From an uncultured virus (IMG/VR IMGVR_UViG_3300025087_000039) (lineage: Duplodnaviria > Heunggongvirae > Uroviricota > Caudoviricetes), in the IMG/VR virus record IMGVR_UViG_3300025087_000039, positions 62,001 through 125,597 of that record: DNA of 63,597 nucleotides; one strand, written 5' to 3'. The notes beneath the pieces are model-generated. The model did no database searches, was not told the origin of the DNA, and saw nothing but the letters and a program-made list of their open reading frames with translations. Shown here one piece after another: positions 9,758-19,879 of the stretch (positions are counted from its first letter, which is position 1; every line of letters starts with the position of its first letter). Both the position numbers and the translations under genes were made by a program.

Positions 9758-10937
9758 GGGTGTAATTTGTGATTTAATTGTCAGAAACAGTTTCTGGGGC
9801 TTTCTATTTTCAAGGGTCAATAAAAAATATCATTTTCCGGGACAAATATGTGCTGTTGCGCTTGAAAATAAAGAGATAAACCTTTGCGTAAATTCTGAAT
9901 ATTTTTCTACAATGTCAAAGGAAGATATTGAGAAAGTTTTGGTTCATGAGGGATATCATTTAATTTTAAAACACTTATTTAGATTAAGAGAATTGAAGGA
10001 GATAAAAAAAGAGAAATTTAATTATGAAATTTTTGCTATTGCGGTTGATATGGCAGCTAATGACGTTGGAGATATTAAAGGCGGTGTTACATGCATGGGA
10101 AAATTTTTTCCTGTCGCAAGACCTGAAATGTTTAATTTACCAAGAAATATGGCTTTTGAATGGTATTATCATGAATTAGAAAAGAAAATGAAAGATGAAT
10201 CCATCCCCCAGGAATTCAAATTTGATGAGCATCTTATTCCTAAAGATATCGAAAAAGAATTAAGAAATTTACAAAATGTTATGTCAAAAGCAGCAGATGA
10301 ATGGAAACGAATAAGTAATAGAGGATCTGATGGGGGAAACTTAGAAGAACTTTTAAATCAATTTTTTAATGCGTCATTGCCATATTATGAATTAATTCGA
10401 AGGTTTGTTAAGAAAAGTAGAAGAGCTATAATGCAACGAAGAATGATTTTAAATAAAAAGAAAATTTATATTGTCAAGGAGAAAATGACAAGGATTCTTC
10501 CTTATCCTGGCTATAAAAGGAAAAGGACTTTTTCCATAGGGGTTTTAATTGATACCTCTGGATCAATGGGTTTGCGCGACATGGCTGAAGGATTATCATC
10601 GATTAAAAATATTTTAGAAAAGGATCCAGATGTCTCAATCACCGTTTTAGAAAATGATACACAAGTTCAAAAAGAATATTCAGTTAAAAAAATATCAGAC
10701 ATTCAACCTAAATTTCATGGGCGGCATGGAACTACTTTACAACCAGGTCTTGCAAGATTAAAAGAAATTAATTCTGATGTTAATTTAGTCTTTACCGATG
10801 GAGAGTGTGATAAACATTCTCGTGGAGATAGTCATTTGCCACATTCGATTTTATGGATTTTAAATCACAGAGGCAGTGAATCTCAAATTGAAGGGACAGG
10901 CCCGATAATTAGGCTTCCGGAATTTTTCGAAGAATGA
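9720..10937 (+). CDS. HExxH metallopeptidase-like / vWA-like domain protein (MoxR partner)
   Basis: VLVHEGYH..HL, AVDMAAN, MIDAS DTSGSM, GTTLQP, VFTDG; ATG at 9720 with AAAGGA RBS. Confidence 0.85.
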   Translation: MDQIQKQIKEKVEGVICDLIVRNSFWGFLFSRVNKKYHFPGQICAVALENKEINLCVNSEYFSTMSKEDIEKVLVHEGYHLILKHLFRLRELKEIKKEKFNYEIFAIAVDMAANDVGDIKGGVTCMGKFFPVARPEMFNLPRNMAFEWYYHELEKKMKDESIPQEFKFDEHLIPKDIEKELRNLQNVMSKAADEWKRISNRGSDGGNLEELLNQFFNASLPYYELIRRFVKKSRRAIMQRRMILNKKKIYIVKEKMTRILPYPGYKRKRTFSIGVLIDTSGSMGLRDMAEGLSSIKNILEKDPDVSITVLENDTQVQKEYSVKKISDIQPKFHGRHGTTLQPGLARLKEINSDVNLVFTDGECDKHSRGDSHLPHSILWILNHRGSESQIEGTGPIIRLPEFFEE

Positions 10938-10948
10938 GTTAGAAATAT

Positions 10949-10982
10949 ATGTGGTGGGAAGGGGAAACTCTTCCCACCACAT
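10949..10982 (+). terminator. strong hairpin (15 bp stem, GAAA loop), no U-tail
   Basis: ATGTGGTGGGAAGGG-GAAA-CTCTTCCCACCACAT. Confidence 0.6.
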
Positions 10983-11001
10983 CAATATAATAGAGAGGAA
11001 T

Positions 11002-11373
11002 ATGAAAAAGTTTAATCGAAAACTTCATCAAAAACGTATAGATAGAAATGATGTTCAAATTAGATTTAAAGGAAAAACTATTTATATTAGAGAATCTATC
11101 GTTGATGACATACAACGTAGTGCAAGAAGGTTTGATACATTTTTTCAAAAAGGATCTTATGACGAATTTTTCCAATTTTCTTCTGATCTTTTTATAATGG
11201 GAATCAGAAGAATAATTAATAAAACCTTTCCAAAAAAATCTTGGGTCTCTGAAAGTGTTAAAGTCGAACTTCATACGGATCATGGAATTTATATTTTTGA
11301 AGGAACATCCTCATGGGCGCAATGTATTCATGCACCACAGTGGACCAGTCTTAAAATAACAGATGGGGTATAA
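11002..11373 (+). CDS. hypothetical protein
   Basis: ATG at 11002 with AGAGGA RBS (track start 10951 lies inside the hairpin). Confidence 0.65.
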   Translation: MKKFNRKLHQKRIDRNDVQIRFKGKTIYIRESIVDDIQRSARRFDTFFQKGSYDEFFQFSSDLFIMGIRRIINKTFPKKSWVSESVKVELHTDHGIYIFEGTSSWAQCIHAPQWTSLKITDGV

Positions 11374-11391
11374 AATCTCTGGAGGAAAAAT

Positions 11392-13197
11392 ATGTCTTAT
11401 GACCATAATTCTATTGAAGTTATAGATCATATAAGTCACATTCAAATAAATCCAACAATGTATATAGGGAGTACAGAAACTCCCACACATCTTTTGGAAG
11501 AATGTTTTGATAATTCCTTAGATGAGTGTTTAGGAAAACACGCTGACATTGTTGCAATTAATATGGATACAAAAAATAATGAATTTTCTGTAATTGATAA
11601 TGGCAGAGGAATTCCTATAGAAAAAGATATGCCAAAAGTTGTTTCCTATGAAATGTTTTCTGGAGCAAAATTTAAAGGTCGAAAAACCGCATATGAAATT
11701 TCTAGCGGCCTTCATGGTGTTGGATTGGTTGCTGTAAATGCCCTAAGTGAAAAATATATTGTTGAAGTTTATAGAAACAAAAGACACGCAATTTACGAAT
11801 TTAATAATGCAAAATTAATTCAAGAGAAAAAAGAAGAATTTACAGGCGAGCCACCCTTTTCAACAAGAATTCTTTTTAAACCAATGAAAAACATTTTTGA
11901 AGAACTTTTACCTTCTATCGAAAGAATTAGGGAAAGGTTATTTGTTGCCTCAGTAGAGATGCCGAAAGTTAAATTTGTATTGATCATAGATAATAAAAAA
12001 GAAGTTATAAATATTTCCAAACAAAACTTTTTTAAAGAATATTGTCTAGCCAACGGAGATAAAGATTGTACTCCAATTATTGAGATATTTTCTGATAAAT
12101 CTCCAGAATTATTTAGAGCGTCTTTTTGTTATTCATTCGATGGATCTTCTTCTCCAAAAATACGGTCTAGTGTAAATTTATTACCTGTTCAAAAGGGCGG
12201 AACTCATGTTAATCTTTTTATCGATTTATTAAGAGAATTTTTTATTTCTAAGGCTAAAAAATATAATTTTAAGTTTCAGCCAAATTGTGCAATTTGTGGG
12301 TTAAGAGGTTATTTTTCTTTGTCATTAGTCAAGCCTGATTTTTCAGGACAAACAAAAGATAGTTTGACAAATAAAAAAACAGATTTAGTAAAATTTATTC
12401 CTCAATTGAAAACTGGGTTAGAAGATTTTTTTAAAGATCATGAAGAAGATTTGTTAATTCCTTTATTAACGCACATGGAAAATTATCAAAGAAGATTAGA
12501 TTCTAAAAAAATCATTACCGTAGATTCTAATAGAAGAGTCTCTGTTAAATATACAAAATTAAGAGATTGTAATAAACCAAATGGTGAATTATTTATTGTC
12601 GAAGGACAAAGCGCCGGCGGAAGTTTAATTCAAGCCAGAGACCCTTCATTACATGCAATATTGCCTTTAAAAGGAAAACCCCCTTCTACGATTAATAAAG
12701 ATATATTACAAAATAAAGAAATGTTTGAATTGATTCAAAGTATTGGGACTGGGTATGGGCCAGATTTTAATATTGATAATATTAGATATAATAAAATTAT
12801 TTGTGCCGCCGATGCTGATGACGATGGATTTCATATATTCTGTTTGTTGACTTTGAATTTGGTTGCAACAATTCCTGAGATTATCAAAAAAGGATTTTAT
12901 TATTTAGCGATGACTCCTCTTTTCGCTATAAATAAAAAGACTGTTTTTACTCCGTTATGGACAAAAGATGAATTAGAAAAAGCTCGAAAAAATAATGAGC
13001 CAATTTCGAGATTTAAAGGATTAGGAGAATTAACTCCTCAACAATTAAAGAAATGTTTATTAGATGAAAAAAATCGCAGATTAATTCAAATTGAATATTC
13101 GGAAAATATTGAAGATATGTTTAAATTATTTTCTGACGCAGAGGAAAAAAGAAGCTTGATTTATAACCAAGATATAAAAATAGAGGAGATGTTTTAA
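11392..13197 (+). CDS. type IIA DNA topoisomerase, B (ATPase/TOPRIM) subunit
   Basis: PTMYIG, EECFDNSLDE, DNGRGIP, SSGLHGVG, VEGQSAGG, PLKGK, DADDDG, RFKGLGE. Confidence 0.95.
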   Translation: MSYDHNSIEVIDHISHIQINPTMYIGSTETPTHLLEECFDNSLDECLGKHADIVAINMDTKNNEFSVIDNGRGIPIEKDMPKVVSYEMFSGAKFKGRKTAYEISSGLHGVGLVAVNALSEKYIVEVYRNKRHAIYEFNNAKLIQEKKEEFTGEPPFSTRILFKPMKNIFEELLPSIERIRERLFVASVEMPKVKFVLIIDNKKEVINISKQNFFKEYCLANGDKDCTPIIEIFSDKSPELFRASFCYSFDGSSSPKIRSSVNLLPVQKGGTHVNLFIDLLREFFISKAKKYNFKFQPNCAICGLRGYFSLSLVKPDFSGQTKDSLTNKKTDLVKFIPQLKTGLEDFFKDHEEDLLIPLLTHMENYQRRLDSKKIITVDSNRRVSVKYTKLRDCNKPNGELFIVEGQSAGGSLIQARDPSLHAILPLKGKPPSTINKDILQNKEMFELIQSIGTGYGPDFNIDNIRYNKIICAADADDDGFHIFCLLTLNLVATIPEIIKKGFYYLAMTPLFAINKKTVFTPLWTKDELEKARKNNEPISRFKGLGELTPQQLKKCLLDEKNRRLIQIEYSENIEDMFKLFSDAEEKRSLIYNQDIKIEEMF

Positions 13198-13200
13198 TAA

Positions 13201-14529
13201 ATGGTTAAAAAAGATTTGTTTAAAACAGTTCAATATTTTTATAAAAAATATGGAATGTATGTAAATATCAATCGAGCTTTTCCTGGACCCGATGGATTGA
13301 AGCCCGTTGAGCGCAGAGTACTTTACTCGTCGTATCTTATCGCAAAAAATAAATATGTTAAGTCTGCCAGAATAGAAGGAGATGTGATGGGTAGATTCCA
13401 CCCACACGGTTCTTCTTATGGCACAATAGTACAGTTAGCTCAACAGGATATCCTCGAAGGCCAGGGAAGCTTTGGATGCAATACCGGAATCGAACCGGTA
13501 GAGGCTTCCGCTTCGAGATATACTGAGTGCCGTTTGCCTGAAAAGACACAAGAATTGGCTTTTAATCTGATTAATTTTGTTCCATATTTTTTAAATCCAT
13601 TGGGTCAAAATGAACCTGTAATTTTACCAGTTAAATATCCTATTTGTTTAATTGGAAAAACTACAAGTTTTGGAATTGGTTTTGGTTTTAGAACTGTAAT
13701 TCCAAGTTATGAAGTTAAAGATTTATATAAAAGGCTATTATGGCTTTTAGGAGAAAAGAAAGAAAAGCCTTTGATTTTACCAAGAATGGAATTGGATATT
13801 TTATCACCACCTGAAGAACTTGAAAAATTATTAACAACTGGCGAAGCAAAATTAGAAGTGATGGGGAAATATAAAGAAAATAAAGAAGCATTTGAAATAG
13901 AAATTTATTCTTGGCCATTTCCTAAAAGATTTGAAAAATTTTTAAAGTGTTTAGAAACAGAATTGAAAAACGGAGATGTTGGATTTAGAGATGATTCTAC
14001 AACAGAAACAAAAATAGTATTTTCAATTTTAAGACAAAGAAATAAAGAAGTCACTTATGAAAAGGTTAAGCAAAAGATTTTAAGGGAATTACACGGAACA
14101 CAAAATTTTCAAATTACAATTGTAAATGAAAATGACGAAATTGAGGTTATTGGTGTCGATGATTATTTAAAAAGGACTTTTTCGAGATATGAAAATTTTC
14201 TAAAAATCTCTATCGAGGATCAAATAGAAAAATTAAAAGGTTCAATTAAAGAATATGAAATATTACAAAAAATTAGGCCTTATTTATCACAAGCATTGTT
14301 AAAAATCATTAAAGATTCTGACAAAGAAATTAAAATAATTTCTGAAAAATCCGGTGTTTCATTTGAAGAAGTAAAAGAAATATTAGGAAAATATAAATTG
14401 TTACAAATTCTAAATATGGATATACGTACTGAAGAAATGTTAGATCTTTTAAAATTTGAAAATCAAAAGTTAAAAGAGATAAGAAAAAGCGCTTTAGAAG
14501 AATATCAACAAACAACAAGGAGATGGTAA
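13201..14529 (+). CDS. type IIA DNA topoisomerase, A (breakage-reunion) subunit, lacking CTD
   Basis: RAFP..DGLKPVERR, KSARI, FHPHG, catalytic SRYTE; only 442 aa. Confidence 0.93.
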   Translation: MVKKDLFKTVQYFYKKYGMYVNINRAFPGPDGLKPVERRVLYSSYLIAKNKYVKSARIEGDVMGRFHPHGSSYGTIVQLAQQDILEGQGSFGCNTGIEPVEASASRYTECRLPEKTQELAFNLINFVPYFLNPLGQNEPVILPVKYPICLIGKTTSFGIGFGFRTVIPSYEVKDLYKRLLWLLGEKKEKPLILPRMELDILSPPEELEKLLTTGEAKLEVMGKYKENKEAFEIEIYSWPFPKRFEKFLKCLETELKNGDVGFRDDSTTETKIVFSILRQRNKEVTYEKVKQKILRELHGTQNFQITIVNENDEIEVIGVDDYLKRTFSRYENFLKISIEDQIEKLKGSIKEYEILQKIRPYLSQALLKIIKDSDKEIKIISEKSGVSFEEVKEILGKYKLLQILNMDIRTEEMLDLLKFENQKLKEIRKSALEEYQQTTRRW

Positions 14530-14530
14530 T

Positions 14531-14959
14531 ATGTATTATATAGAAAAGAAGTTTTCCATTCCAATTGGACATAGACTTTATTTGAATAAGAATCGGTGCC
14601 AAAACCCTCATGGCCACAATTTCTCAATATTGGTTGGGATTAAGTCTGAAGAAGTAAATAATGAAGGAATGGTCATGGATTTTACAGTGTTAAAAGAAAT
14701 TTGTAATAAAGTTTTGGATAAATTTGATCACGCTTTTATGTTAAATTCATTGGATGAGGAACTTATAGATTTGTATATAAGGCGAAATTTTAAGGTTATT
14801 GTATTTGATGGAGAACCCACAGCTGAAAATTTATCATGTAATCTGTATAATGAGATAGAATGGGCTTTGAAGAATTATCAATTTAGCAATAAAATATACA
14901 TGGACTATGTAACGGTATATGAAAATGAAAATTCAAAAGCGACTTATAGAGTTTCCTAA
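14531..14959 (+). CDS. queD: 6-carboxy-5,6,7,8-tetrahydropterin synthase (QueD/PTPS)
   Basis: GHRL..CQNPHGHNF, GMVMDF, FDH, PTAENL, VYEN. Confidence 0.92.
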   Translation: MYYIEKKFSIPIGHRLYLNKNRCQNPHGHNFSILVGIKSEEVNNEGMVMDFTVLKEICNKVLDKFDHAFMLNSLDEELIDLYIRRNFKVIVFDGEPTAENLSCNLYNEIEWALKNYQFSNKIYMDYVTVYENENSKATYRVS

Positions 14960-16349
14960 AACATCGGGAATATTAATTCCCTCAAAATATCAAAAAGAAG
15001 ATTTTTATCAAAATATAAAGAATGATCTAACTCGTCTCTCTGTTGATTGGCAAGATCCCTCTCTAAAGATAAAACAAGAATATTTTTATGAAGCAGAAGA
15101 TTATCTTTTAATTCCAAGAAATTTTCCAATAAAAGATTTTTGTGATGAAATTGAAATAAAAAATATGTTACCAAAGGGGAAAGATATTGAAATTAATCAT
15201 AATATCATTCCAAGAAGTGAGGTTCAAAAGACTTCAATTGATTATATGTTAAAAAATGAAAATTGCATTTTACAATTAGATCCTGGAGTTGGAAAAACGG
15301 TAATTGCTATTTATGTTATCTCTATGTTAAAGAAAAGAAGTTTGATAATTGCTCATAGAGATTCTCTTGTTGAACAGTGGATGAATCGAATTTTAGAATT
15401 TACCGATTGTAAAAAAGAAGATATTATGAGGTTAACCTCTAATAATTATAAAGAAGGAATCAATAAAAAAATAATGGTTACCACAGTTCAGACTATTTTA
15501 TCTTTACTTAGAAGAGATAAAGAAGAATTTATAAAAAGTTTAATTGAAATGAAATTAGGAATTTTGATAGCCGATGAAATTCATATATCTGTTGGGGCAT
15601 ATGAGTTTTCAAAATGTTCATTGTGGATTCCTTCATATAGATCATATGGCTTGAGCGCGACCCCTTATAGATATGATGGAAATACTGATATTATTAAATA
15701 TCATTTGGGAGAAACATTTCAAGGAGAGGATTTAGAAAATACAATAAATCCTACCGTTAATATTTTACTTTTAGATTATAATATTTATACAGAAAAGAGA
15801 GTTAGGTATTTAATGTGGGGAGGACAATTTCAGAGATCAAGATATTTAAATTTAATGAAAAAATCAGTTCAATTTTTGAGTTTATCAAAGACTTTAATTG
15901 ATAAATTAAAAGAAAAAAGAAAAATAATTTTTGTTGCTGAAAGAATAAAATTATTAGATTTTATGTATGAGATAATTGAAGGAGATAAAGGAAAATTTTA
16001 TGGGCCTGGTGGATTAGAGAATATGGATAATAAAATTACATTTGCGACTCCTGGAAAAGTCCGAGATGGCATTGATAAACCTGAAAAAGATTGTTTAATT
16101 ATGACGTCTCCAATAAAAAATATCAATCAGATTTCAGGAAGAATTTCAAGAACTTTTAAAGATAAAATGAATGCAGAGATTTATGATATTGTTGATATTG
16201 GGTGCAGATTTATTTATCAAACTCTATTTCAGAGGATTAAATATTATGAATCTAAAAAATGGGATATAAATTTTATAGTATGTTTTCAGGATGGAAAAAC
16301 AGAAAAAGTAACAAAAAATGATGCAATAAAAATTCTTGGAAGGAAATAG
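14919..16349 (+). CDS. superfamily 2 DExH helicase (UvsW/A18-like)
   Basis: PGVGKT, IADEIH, GLSATP, QISGRISR. Confidence 0.88.
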   Translation: MKMKIQKRLIEFPKTSGILIPSKYQKEDFYQNIKNDLTRLSVDWQDPSLKIKQEYFYEAEDYLLIPRNFPIKDFCDEIEIKNMLPKGKDIEINHNIIPRSEVQKTSIDYMLKNENCILQLDPGVGKTVIAIYVISMLKKRSLIIAHRDSLVEQWMNRILEFTDCKKEDIMRLTSNNYKEGINKKIMVTTVQTILSLLRRDKEEFIKSLIEMKLGILIADEIHISVGAYEFSKCSLWIPSYRSYGLSATPYRYDGNTDIIKYHLGETFQGEDLENTINPTVNILLLDYNIYTEKRVRYLMWGGQFQRSRYLNLMKKSVQFLSLSKTLIDKLKEKRKIIFVAERIKLLDFMYEIIEGDKGKFYGPGGLENMDNKITFATPGKVRDGIDKPEKDCLIMTSPIKNINQISGRISRTFKDKMNAEIYDIVDIGCRFIYQTLFQRIKYYESKKWDINFIVCFQDGKTEKVTKNDAIKILGRK

Positions 16350-16350
16350 A

Positions 16351-17373
16351 ATGAAATTTGCTTTTATTGCAGATTTACATCTTTCTGGTTTTGGAAATGA
16401 TCCTATAGACTCAGTTGAAAATTTACCTTTAAGAATCGCCAGCATTAAAAGATGTTTGGAATTTATTATTCTTGAATGTAAAAAAAGAAATATCAATACG
16501 TTGGAAATTGGTGGAGATTTATTAAATGATAAATCTTTAATATATGTAGTTGCGCAAAATCTTTTATTACAGTTTTTTCGAAATCACAAGGACTTTAAAT
16601 TTATTATTATAGATGGAAATCATGATGTTACGGATAAAGGAAAATATTTAAAATCAGGTCTAGAATGTTTAGATAGCGAATCAAATGTAGTTAGAATAAA
16701 AAATTCTTCTTTTATGAATATAGAAGATAAAAAGATTTTTCATGTTCCCTGGACTTTTGGGATGTTTGAAGACATAAAGAATAATAAAGCGGATATTTTA
16801 ATATCCCACTTCGGACTTTCTGAAGCGGTTTTATCTTCAGGGATTAGCGTAAAATCTGAAATAAGTGTAAAAGATCTTATTGGAAAATATAAATTAGTTT
16901 TGTTGGGACATTATCATAAACCCCAAGAAATGATTCTTCCAGAAATATCATTATATTATTCTGGATCTATTATACAAAAAGATTGGGGTGAAAAAGGCGA
17001 GGAAAAAAGATTTTTAATTATTGATACAGATAATTTATCTGTCGAGAGTATCCCTATTGAAGGTTATAAAAAACATTATTATTTTAGTTTAAATGAAGAA
17101 AATAAAAATGAGATTTTAAAAAATGCTTTAAAATTAAGAGATGAAGGACATTATGTAAAAATTGAAAGTGAAGAAAATATTGATGTGGTTGACAATAAAG
17201 GAATTATTTTTATTAAAAATGAAACGTCCGATTTAACGAATAGAGGAATGTCAATGAATATGAGTGAGAGAGAAAGAATGGAAAAATATTGTAAATTTAA
17301 AGAAGTTAAAAATTCGGATATAGAAGAATTTATTCAAGTTGGAATAGAAATAATAGAAAAGGACATAAAATGA
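16351..17373 (+). CDS. Mre11/SbcD-like metallophosphoesterase nuclease
   Basis: ADLH, GGDL, GNHD, SHFG, LGHYH, YSGS; paired with Rad50. Confidence 0.92.
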   Translation: MKFAFIADLHLSGFGNDPIDSVENLPLRIASIKRCLEFIILECKKRNINTLEIGGDLLNDKSLIYVVAQNLLLQFFRNHKDFKFIIIDGNHDVTDKGKYLKSGLECLDSESNVVRIKNSSFMNIEDKKIFHVPWTFGMFEDIKNNKADILISHFGLSEAVLSSGISVKSEISVKDLIGKYKLVLLGHYHKPQEMILPEISLYYSGSIIQKDWGEKGEEKRFLIIDTDNLSVESIPIEGYKKHYYFSLNEENKNEILKNALKLRDEGHYVKIESEENIDVVDNKGIIFIKNETSDLTNRGMSMNMSERERMEKYCKFKEVKNSDIEEFIQVGIEIIEKDIK

Positions 17374-19571
17374 AAACAGTAAAATTTACTGAGATAGGGA
17401 TGAAAAATTTTAAAGGATATAAAGGGCAAATATCATTGCCCATTTATGATAATAAATTAGTTTTAATTATGGGGAAAAATGGGATTGGAAAAACTACCCT
17501 TTTTGATTCGATTCCATTTACTTGGTATGGAGCAACCCCTGAAGCTTCTGGAGACGAGTGTGTAAATCGAGAAATAGGGAAAAACTGCAAAACATGGACT
17601 AAATTTATTTTGGCTCCAGAAAATATAAATTATACAATCGAAAGATATCAAAAATATGATAAGATGGGGAACACAGTAATTTTATTGAAAGAAAATGAAA
17701 AAATTAAAGTTGGACAAAGAGATGTTATAGCTGAAATTGAACGTCTTTTAGTTCCAAAAAATCTGTTCTTTAATACATTTTATTTTGCTCAGCAAGTAAA
17801 AACATTTTTCACAAATCTTCCAGACTCAAACAAAAAAGAAATTTTTAGAACCATTTTAAAGCTAGAAAAATATGTTGAATATCAAAAGAAAGCAAATAAG
17901 TTTTTAAAAGAATTAGAGGATTTAATTAAAGATCTTGAAATTCAAAAAAGAATCAAATTAGAATTGATTAATCAATATGAAAATGATATAATGAGTTTTA
18001 ATAGAAATATACGAGATATAGTTATAAGAAGAGAAAAAGAAATTGAAAATATAAATCATAAAATATCTGAATTAAATATTAAAAAAGAAACTATTAAAGA
18101 TGATATAAAAAAATTGGAACATGAAATAGAATCATTTAATGATTTATCAGGAAATATAAATTTGACGGAAAATAAAATTCGAAAAATTGAAGAAAAAATA
18201 AGAACTGTATTTTTAAAGATAGAAAATGAAAAAAATATTAAGATCAATGATGCGAATAAAGAATATTATAAATTAAAGGAAGACGTTGAAGAAGTAAAGG
18301 AATATAAATTATTAGAATGTCAAAAACAATACGATTTATTTATAGAGCATCTTTCAGAAAAAAATAAAGAAATAGATATAGCTATTTCTAAAAATCTTTT
18401 AAACTCTCAAGAGGTAAATATTTTTATTAAAAATCTAGAAAATAAAATAAAAGAGATAACTGAGAGAATTATTAAAACAGATGTCCCACAGTGCCCAACA
18501 TGTGAATCTCTTTTAGATAAAAAAGCAAAAGATGTTCTTGAGAAAAAAGTGCAAAAATATCAAACAGAAAAAGATCTTTTATGTACAGAGTTAGAAGTGT
18601 TAAAAGCTGAAAGACTCGATCTAGAAGAAAAGAAAACAAAATTAAGAAAAATCGAAGATGTAAATAGAAAAAAGTTTATTGAAGAAAAAGATAAAATTAA
18701 TGTACAAAATAAAAATGATATAAAAGGAATAAAGGAAGCATTAGATAATAAATTAAATTTAATATCAGATTTAATGTTAAGAGAAAAAGAAAATTTAACA
18801 AGAGAATTTCTTTCTGATTTAAAAACTAACAGATTTCTTTTATCTGAGTTAAATGAAAAACAAGAAGTATTAAATAGAAAAAAAGAAATGCTACCTTATT
18901 GTAAATTAGATTTAGTTAAAATAGATTCGACAATTGAGAATACTGAAAAAGAATTGGAAAATTTAAAAGATTCTAAGGTTTATGAAGATTATAATTTTAA
19001 AATCATTGAAATTAAAGAGAAAATTTTGATTGAAAAAGGTTCTATTGAGAATATAGATTTATTAATGTTAAAAAATATAAAGAAAAAAGATATTATAGAT
19101 TTTTGGTCAACAGGCTTTTCTAGCCAAGGTATTCAGAGTTTATTAATAGATGAATCAATTCCTTTTATGAATCGAAATGTTAAGAGATATTTAGATGAAA
19201 TTTCTAATGGAAGATATAAGGTTTCTTTTGATACATTATCTGAGACAAAAGATAAAGAAAAATTAAAAGATAAAATATCGGTAAATGTTTTTGATAATGT
19301 CACAAAAGCAAATTCCGTATCTATGCTTTCAGGTGGCCAAAAAAGATTGATTGATCTGGCAACTATTTTAACATTGAGCGATCTTCAATCAAATATTTAT
19401 GGAATCGATTTTAATATTCTTTTATTTGATGAAATATTTGATAGTTTGGATGAGGAAAATACTGAGAGTGTTTCGTTCCTTTTAAAAGAAAAGTCTAAAG
19501 AGAAGTCGATATATATCATCAGCCATATGCACAATGAAAAAATAGAATATGATGAGCTCATAAAACTGTAA
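17370..19571 (+). CDS. Rad50/SbcC-like ABC ATPase
   Basis: GKNGIGKT, coiled coils, CPTC zinc hook, LSGGQ signature, LLFDEIFD, ISH. Confidence 0.93.
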   Translation: MKTVKFTEIGMKNFKGYKGQISLPIYDNKLVLIMGKNGIGKTTLFDSIPFTWYGATPEASGDECVNREIGKNCKTWTKFILAPENINYTIERYQKYDKMGNTVILLKENEKIKVGQRDVIAEIERLLVPKNLFFNTFYFAQQVKTFFTNLPDSNKKEIFRTILKLEKYVEYQKKANKFLKELEDLIKDLEIQKRIKLELINQYENDIMSFNRNIRDIVIRREKEIENINHKISELNIKKETIKDDIKKLEHEIESFNDLSGNINLTENKIRKIEEKIRTVFLKIENEKNIKINDANKEYYKLKEDVEEVKEYKLLECQKQYDLFIEHLSEKNKEIDIAISKNLLNSQEVNIFIKNLENKIKEITERIIKTDVPQCPTCESLLDKKAKDVLEKKVQKYQTEKDLLCTELEVLKAERLDLEEKKTKLRKIEDVNRKKFIEEKDKINVQNKNDIKGIKEALDNKLNLISDLMLREKENLTREFLSDLKTNRFLLSELNEKQEVLNRKKEMLPYCKLDLVKIDSTIENTEKELENLKDSKVYEDYNFKIIEIKEKILIEKGSIENIDLLMLKNIKKKDIIDFWSTGFSSQGIQSLLIDESIPFMNRNVKRYLDEISNGRYKVSFDTLSETKDKEKLKDKISVNVFDNVTKANSVSMLSGGQKRLIDLATILTLSDLQSNIYGIDFNILLFDEIFDSLDEENTESVSFLLKEKSKEKSIYIISHMHNEKIEYDELIKL

Positions 19572-19585
19572 GAAAGGTCTTTAGA

Positions 19586-19879
19586 ATGATTCTTTATCGT
19601 ACCTTGGATTTAGGTTATGATTTCTTTGACGAATCTCTGGAAAAAATACAAGAAAAAATTAATTTTCTCATTGATCAGAACGGAAAAGATTCTACCATTG
19701 CTATCAGGGAAGATTATGGAGATATAAATATTTCATTACATACATGTAGGGAAGAAACTAAAGAAGAAGAAGCGTTACGTCTTAAAAAAGTAGAGTATTA
19801 TTCTATCTTAAAAGAATTAGAAAAAGATAAAAAAGTTAAACAATATTTAGATCTTAAAGAAAAAATTAATAATGGATAG
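19586..19879 (+). CDS. small coiled-coil protein, 'ETDEEF' paralog family (copy 1)
   Basis: REETKEEEALRLKK...QYLDLKEK resembles copies at 39091, 39422, 40565, 61415. Confidence 0.65.
   Translation: MILYRTLDLGYDFFDESLEKIQEKINFLIDQNGKDSTIAIREDYGDINISLHTCREETKEEEALRLKKVEYYSILKELEKDKKVKQYLDLKEKINNG

Noticed and set aside
10951..11001. ORF-track N-terminal extensions at 10951 (and similarly 53523)
   Set aside because: These starts run through GC-rich hairpins; downstream ATGs at 11002 and 53568 fit the RBS or family N-terminus better
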